The notes beneath the pieces are model-generated. The model saw nothing but the letters and a program-made list of their open reading frames with translations, did no database searches and had not been told where the DNA came from. A program made the translations under genes and the position numbers. A stretch of DNA of 64,000 nt from assembly GCA_965214095.1 (NCBI GenBank), contig OZ243938.1:4576001-4640000 (forward strand), read 5' to 3'. Below are positions 59,399 to 64,000 of the stretch, one piece after another (the first letter of the stretch is position 1; each line of letters opens with the position of its first letter). The stretch comes from Candidatus Poribacteria bacterium. Lineage in GTDB: Bacteria > Poribacteria > WGA-4E > WGA-3G.

Positions 59399-61020
59399 AC
59401 GTTCTTGTAAACCTAATGCAAAGGATCTGGAATTCAAAATTAGCAAGACTTATATTTGTCTCTGCGATTTTGCTATTGGGTCTCTTACTCTACACAATGG
59501 TTCTTGATCGCGATATGCCAGAATATCCTATGAATTCACTACAGATAAAAATAGATACTCAATCAAGCACTCCGCTAAGGAAAGAACTCTACGGATTTAA
59601 TTCAAACATGATGAGTGGTGATTACGGTTATCTTGATGAGGACTTTGTTGCGTTGACGAAAGCATTACGACCAAAGACATTAAGATTCCCTGGTGGCACA
59701 GTTGGTAATTTCTATCATTGGGATATTTCTGGGTTCCGTCAAGATGAAATGAATTCAACACTCAGCACTCAACTGAATAGACGAAATAAAGCGAATTTTA
59801 CAAAACTTGAGAAACGTCGTGATGGTATCATCTCTTTTGACGATTTTATGAAACTCTGTAATGATTTGGATATTACGCCTGTTGTTGTAGTCAATCTCTG
59901 GACAGGTAATCCAGAAGAGAGTGCTGCATGGGTTCGTTATACAATAGAGAAAGGGTACAATGTCAATTATTGGGAACTTGGTAATGAGTACTACTTACCA
60001 CATTATGTAAAGAAATTTCGCACTGCAGAAATTTATATGAATGAAGCAAAGAAACATGCATTAGCAATGAAAAAAGTCAATCCGAATATAAAAGTATCTG
60101 TCAGTGCAACACCTGTAGCATTTCATAGGGAAGGATTCTTAATCAAGAGAGTACAACGCAAATGGGATGAGCAACTCGCAAATTATTCGGCACCTTCGTC
60201 AACAAATTGGTTTGATGCTTTTTCCGTGCATGTGTATGCATACAAAGGGGTAAAAAATGTTGAAATAGATGTGATGCGTCGTTACCTATTCGGTTGGATT
60301 CACTATGAGTGTGAAGAGGCAATGTCTTATTATCAACAGTTATTTCCAGACAAAGAGATGTGGATCACAGAATGGAATATAGCCAATCCCGGAAATCGTG
60401 TGGCAAATACACAACTGCATGCAATGTATGTTGGAGACTTTTTTCTAAAATTGCTGAGTTATCCAAAAATCACACATGCAAATTTTCATGTCTTAGCAGG
60501 ACCTGGGAAAGGATTTCCAGTGTTTTCACGGATCACACCAGTTTCTACAAAAACATTTTGGAAATATGGAGGAGAACCTGAATCAGATTACGGTGATACT
60601 ATTCGACGCACTGTTTATTCTTCATTTCAGTTAATTGGGGAAGTATTTTCAGAATCGGATATTCAATACGCTGTCTCAACTGATAGCTTGCCAGAACTTT
60701 CAGGCAAATTAGATTATGAGAACAAACAAATTCCTGGTGTTCAGATTCAGGCAATTGGGAATAGTCATACAGTTTTTCTTATGGTAAGTAATCGCACTGC
60801 AAATGGCCTCATGCTAAACCTACTCATAGATGGAAAAAAAATAAAGAAAGATGTCGTATTCCGTCATGTTTCAAATGATAGATTATCCGCAACGAATGGT
60901 GGGAATGCTGAGATGGAAGGTTCTGGTAAAATTGAAGTTGAAATCCAGGAATGGAGCGGGAGGATTAAAAAACTTGCAATACCTAAAAACAGCTTTGGAA
61001 TAATTGAGGTAAGTCTGTGA
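59395..61020 (+). CDS. Membrane-anchored clan GH-A glycoside hydrolase (GH79/GH51/GH39-like)
   Basis: N-terminal TM; LRFPGG, YWELGNE (acid/base), WITEWN (nucleophile). Confidence 0.78.
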   Translation: MNVLVNLMQRIWNSKLARLIFVSAILLLGLLLYTMVLDRDMPEYPMNSLQIKIDTQSSTPLRKELYGFNSNMMSGDYGYLDEDFVALTKALRPKTLRFPGGTVGNFYHWDISGFRQDEMNSTLSTQLNRRNKANFTKLEKRRDGIISFDDFMKLCNDLDITPVVVVNLWTGNPEESAAWVRYTIEKGYNVNYWELGNEYYLPHYVKKFRTAEIYMNEAKKHALAMKKVNPNIKVSVSATPVAFHREGFLIKRVQRKWDEQLANYSAPSSTNWFDAFSVHVYAYKGVKNVEIDVMRRYLFGWIHYECEEAMSYYQQLFPDKEMWITEWNIANPGNRVANTQLHAMYVGDFFLKLLSYPKITHANFHVLAGPGKGFPVFSRITPVSTKTFWKYGGEPESDYGDTIRRTVYSSFQLIGEVFSESDIQYAVSTDSLPELSGKLDYENKQIPGVQIQAIGNSHTVFLMVSNRTANGLMLNLLIDGKKIKKDVVFRHVSNDRLSATNGGNAEMEGSGKIEVEIQEWSGRIKKLAIPKNSFGIIEVSL

Positions 61021-62042
61021 ATCTTGAAAAAAAGTTGTTTGTTGTTGGTAACAGTCGTAGTGGAACAACAATGATGGGACGCATTTTGGGAAAGCACAGA
61101 GATGTGTTTACCTTCGGAGAACTTCATTTTTTTGGACAGTTATGGTCGCCAGCGCACTCATTAGACTTGAACGAATCAGATGCAATTGAATTGGCTTCAA
61201 GACTTCTTTGTGTTCAACGAATAGGGTATCGTAAACAAGGGGATGCACAGAAATATAAGGAAGATGCACAGAAACTTTGTACAGACTTTACTGGGATTCC
61301 AATTTCACCCACTGAACTTTTTTCAACATTTCTTCAATATGAGGCAAACCTGAATGGTAAATCAATTCCTTGTGATCAGACACCACGAAATGTGTTCTAT
61401 ATTGATGAAATACTCAAAGTTTATCCGCAAGCAAAGATAATAAACATGATACGTGACCCGCGCGATGTGTTGTTGTCTCAGAAACGGAAATGGAAACGTA
61501 GATTCTTGGGTGGTTCAGACTTACCACTATTAGAATCATTACGTGATTGGGTTAACTACCATCCAATTACAATTAGTAGGATATGGCATACTGCGGTAAA
61601 AGCAGCAGATCAATTTGCTGAACATGATAGAGTCCATACAGTTTATTTTGAACAACTACTTGATTCACCTGAAAAAACAGTTGAAGTTCTATGTAAGTTT
61701 GCAGACATAGAATATACACCCTCCATGCTCCAAGTGCCGCAAGTGGGTTCTTCCGTAGATACAGATAAACCGACAACAACCGGTATCAATCCCAATAGAG
61801 CAGGAAATTGGAGTGCAAATAATCTTCCGGGAGGAAAACTGAATTCATCAGAAATATATATAAATCAGAAACTGAATAGAAAATTGATGGAAAAGCACAA
61901 CTACGAAACAGTTAGGATTAGACCGAACATTTTTTGTTTGCTGTTAGACATCATTACATTTCCGATTAAAATGGTGTTAGCATTTCTATGCAATCTTGAC
62001 AGAATAAAAAACATTAGAGAAACGATACGAAGACGATTGTAG
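61017..62042 (+). CDS. Sulfotransferase (Sulfotransfer_3-like)
   Basis: GNSRSGTT, DQTP, IRDPRDV..S, FEQL..PE. Confidence 0.88.
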   Translation: MNLEKKLFVVGNSRSGTTMMGRILGKHRDVFTFGELHFFGQLWSPAHSLDLNESDAIELASRLLCVQRIGYRKQGDAQKYKEDAQKLCTDFTGIPISPTELFSTFLQYEANLNGKSIPCDQTPRNVFYIDEILKVYPQAKIINMIRDPRDVLLSQKRKWKRRFLGGSDLPLLESLRDWVNYHPITISRIWHTAVKAADQFAEHDRVHTVYFEQLLDSPEKTVEVLCKFADIEYTPSMLQVPQVGSSVDTDKPTTTGINPNRAGNWSANNLPGGKLNSSEIYINQKLNRKLMEKHNYETVRIRPNIFCLLLDIITFPIKMVLAFLCNLDRIKNIRETIRRRL

Positions 62043-62065
62043 TTAGAATTGCATTTAGTATAGCT

Positions 62066-62120
62066 TATACCAATTCTAATAATTTTCATACCTCTACCCG
62101 ACCGACGATAAAATGGTATA
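62066..62120. repeat. Degenerate TATACCA/TGGTATA-ended element containing a REP fragment
   Basis: CTCTACCCGACCGAC matches the REP arm at 2263-2277 (1 mismatch); ends resemble those at 11863. Confidence 0.4.
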
Positions 62121-62157
62121 TTATTAATCAGAAATGGTATTATGTCTTAGGAAGAAT

Positions 62158-63159
62158 ATGATAGCCCAGTTAAATTCAAATTACATCAGAACTCGTCCCA
62201 TGAAAGCATTAACTCGTTTGATTAGTTATGCTTTTTTTGAAGGACGACCAGCAACTACAAAAGGTCGTTGGATCAATCCTTTTGTATTGTCACTTCTAAA
62301 AAGCATTGCCAATAGTAAAAGACAATTTAAATCGATAGAGAAACCAATATTTATCTTAGGCATAGGACGCAGCGGGACAACAATTCTTGGATTGGTGCTT
62401 TCAATGCATAAAGATGTCGGTTACCTCAATGAACCGAAAGCAATATGGCATCTCATTCACCCTCAGGAAGATGTCATCGGTAGTTATAGTCAAGACGAAG
62501 GTCTTTTTCAACTCACATCAGAAGATGCAAACAGTAATATTTGTCATCAGGCAAAACAAATATTTGGGGCATACTTGTCAAGTACCTTTTCACGACGGCT
62601 TGTAGATAAGTATCCTGAACTAATATTTAGGGTAGATTTTGTCAAGACACTTTTTCCGGATGCACGATTTCTCCTTCTCATTAGAAATGGTTGGGATACT
62701 TGTCAATCAATTGCATCATGGTCGGAACGAAATGGTGTCTATAGGAATGATGAAACACATGACTGGTGGGGTATCAACAATAGAAAATGGGAGTTGTTAG
62801 TCGAACAATTAGTTTATACCGATACTGATTTTCAAAAAGTCGCTGCGGAAGTTGGCAATTTTGATCGGCATTTGGACAGAGCAGTTGTTGAATGGGTGGT
62901 AACAATGCGTGAAGGAATAAGATTATTGGAGACAAGATCTGAATGTATATATAAGGTGCGTTTTGAGGAACTTACTTCAAATCCTGATGAGGTATTGCCG
63001 AAATTATGTGAGTTCTGTGATTTGCATTTGGATACAACTTTTTTGGATTATGCGAGAGATACTTTACGACCTGTACCACCGCGGGAACATTTTGATTTAC
63101 ATCATAGTATTGCACCAATTTTCCATGACACGATGACAAGATTAGGGTATAATACATAG
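62158..63159 (+). CDS. Sulfotransferase (Sulfotransfer_3-like)
   Basis: PIFILGIGRSGTT, NEP, DKYP, FPDARF..IRNG..S, RFEEL. Confidence 0.88.
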   Translation: MIAQLNSNYIRTRPMKALTRLISYAFFEGRPATTKGRWINPFVLSLLKSIANSKRQFKSIEKPIFILGIGRSGTTILGLVLSMHKDVGYLNEPKAIWHLIHPQEDVIGSYSQDEGLFQLTSEDANSNICHQAKQIFGAYLSSTFSRRLVDKYPELIFRVDFVKTLFPDARFLLLIRNGWDTCQSIASWSERNGVYRNDETHDWWGINNRKWELLVEQLVYTDTDFQKVAAEVGNFDRHLDRAVVEWVVTMREGIRLLETRSECIYKVRFEELTSNPDEVLPKLCEFCDLHLDTTFLDYARDTLRPVPPREHFDLHHSIAPIFHDTMTRLGYNT

Positions 63160-63195
63160 AAATTGATAATAACAAATTGGATTAGATAAAGGTAA

Positions 63196-64000
63196 ATGGA
63201 AAACAATTCAACGAAACAATCTCCTAAATATGCTAAACACGACCACTCCATCTCCAGACGTGATTTCATTTCAACAAGTTTGAAGGCAGGTGCAGCTGCT
63301 TTCACAACAGGTCTTTTACCAAATCTCAACATTGCTGCAAAAGGACAACATAATGTCCTTTTCATCATGGTAGATGATTTACGTCCATTGCTTGGATGTT
63401 ATGGTCATACTGAAATGCATACACCAAATATTGATAGGATTGCCGAGAGAGGTACTGTCTTCAATCGCGCATATTGTCAATGGCCTTTATGTAGTCCTTC
63501 TCGCACATCGTATTTAACAGGACTTCGTCCTGATACGACGGGTGTAACAAATAACAGATATTTTTTTCGGGACACAGTACCAAATGTAGTTACACTCCCA
63601 CAACATTTCAAAACCAATGGTTATCATTCTCAATCCGTTGGCAGAGTATTTCATCTTCCAGATTATCAAGACGATGAGAATTCTTGGAGTGTTCCTTCAT
63701 GGAGACCCACCTGGACTCGCATTGACTACGAGACAACCCCATCATGGCAAGCACTTGATATTGATGACGATGCATTAAGAGATGGTAAAACAGCAGTACG
63801 CGCAGTTCAGGTTTTGAACCAGATAAAAGACAAACAATTCTTTCTTGCTGTTGGATTTTATAAACCACACTTACCATTTAAAGCACCAAAAAAGTACTTT
63901 GAGTTGTACGAAAATACATCCTTTAATCTTCCCTACCTATCTGGTGAAGAAACTTCTGATATTAATCCTCCACATTGGAATGAAGCGAGACCTTATGAAG
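63196..64000 (+). CDS. Tat-exported formylglycine sulfatase (iduronate-2-sulfatase/choline-sulfatase-like), runs off window
   Basis: Manual translation: SRRDFI Tat motif, NVLFIMVDDLRP, TPNID, CSPSR..LTG, AVGFYKPHLPF. Confidence 0.88.
   Translation, partial: MENNSTKQSPKYAKHDHSISRRDFISTSLKAGAAAFTTGLLPNLNIAAKGQHNVLFIMVDDLRPLLGCYGHTEMHTPNIDRIAERGTVFNRAYCQWPLCSPSRTSYLTGLRPDTTGVTNNRYFFRDTVPNVVTLPQHFKTNGYHSQSVGRVFHLPDYQDDENSWSVPSWRPTWTRIDYETTPSWQALDIDDDALRDGKTAVRAVQVLNQIKDKQFFLAVGFYKPHLPFKAPKKYFELYENTSFNLPYLSGEETSDINPPHWNEARPYE

Overview
AT-rich bacterial chromosomal segment. The gene content points to Candidatus Poribacteria or a similar sponge-associated lineage (inference): LRR-dockerin proteins with a C-terminal YPNPFNPETW domain, tandem PhyH dioxygenases, PQQ-like propellers, a giant TPR protein and a sulfatase. 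The left part holds metabolic genes, several of them atypical: a GuaB with altered catalytic residues, an orphan nuoI, an MT-A70 methyltransferase, a catalytically eroded MDH-like protein and XdhC. It also has a promoter-driven, ORF-less structured RNA resembling a TnpB omega-RNA. The middle holds a 3393-aa TPR/LamG protein, an IS982 remnant, a lipoprotein pair, three PQQ-like propellers, an M16C peptidase and the Hen1-Pnkp RNA-repair operon. The right part (41-64 kb) is a co-oriented cluster that looks like a sulfated-polysaccharide pathway: GT4, compact FGGY kinase, cytidylyltransferase, MurJ-like flippase, Wzy-like protein, four sulfotransferases, a clan GH-A hydrolase and a Tat sulfatase. 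An array of secreted LRR/CRTAC1-dockerin proteins interrupts this cluster. Several intergenic REP hairpins are nested inside terminal inverted repeats. No tRNA, rRNA or CRISPR array was recognised. All calls come from motif reading only; no database searches were run.
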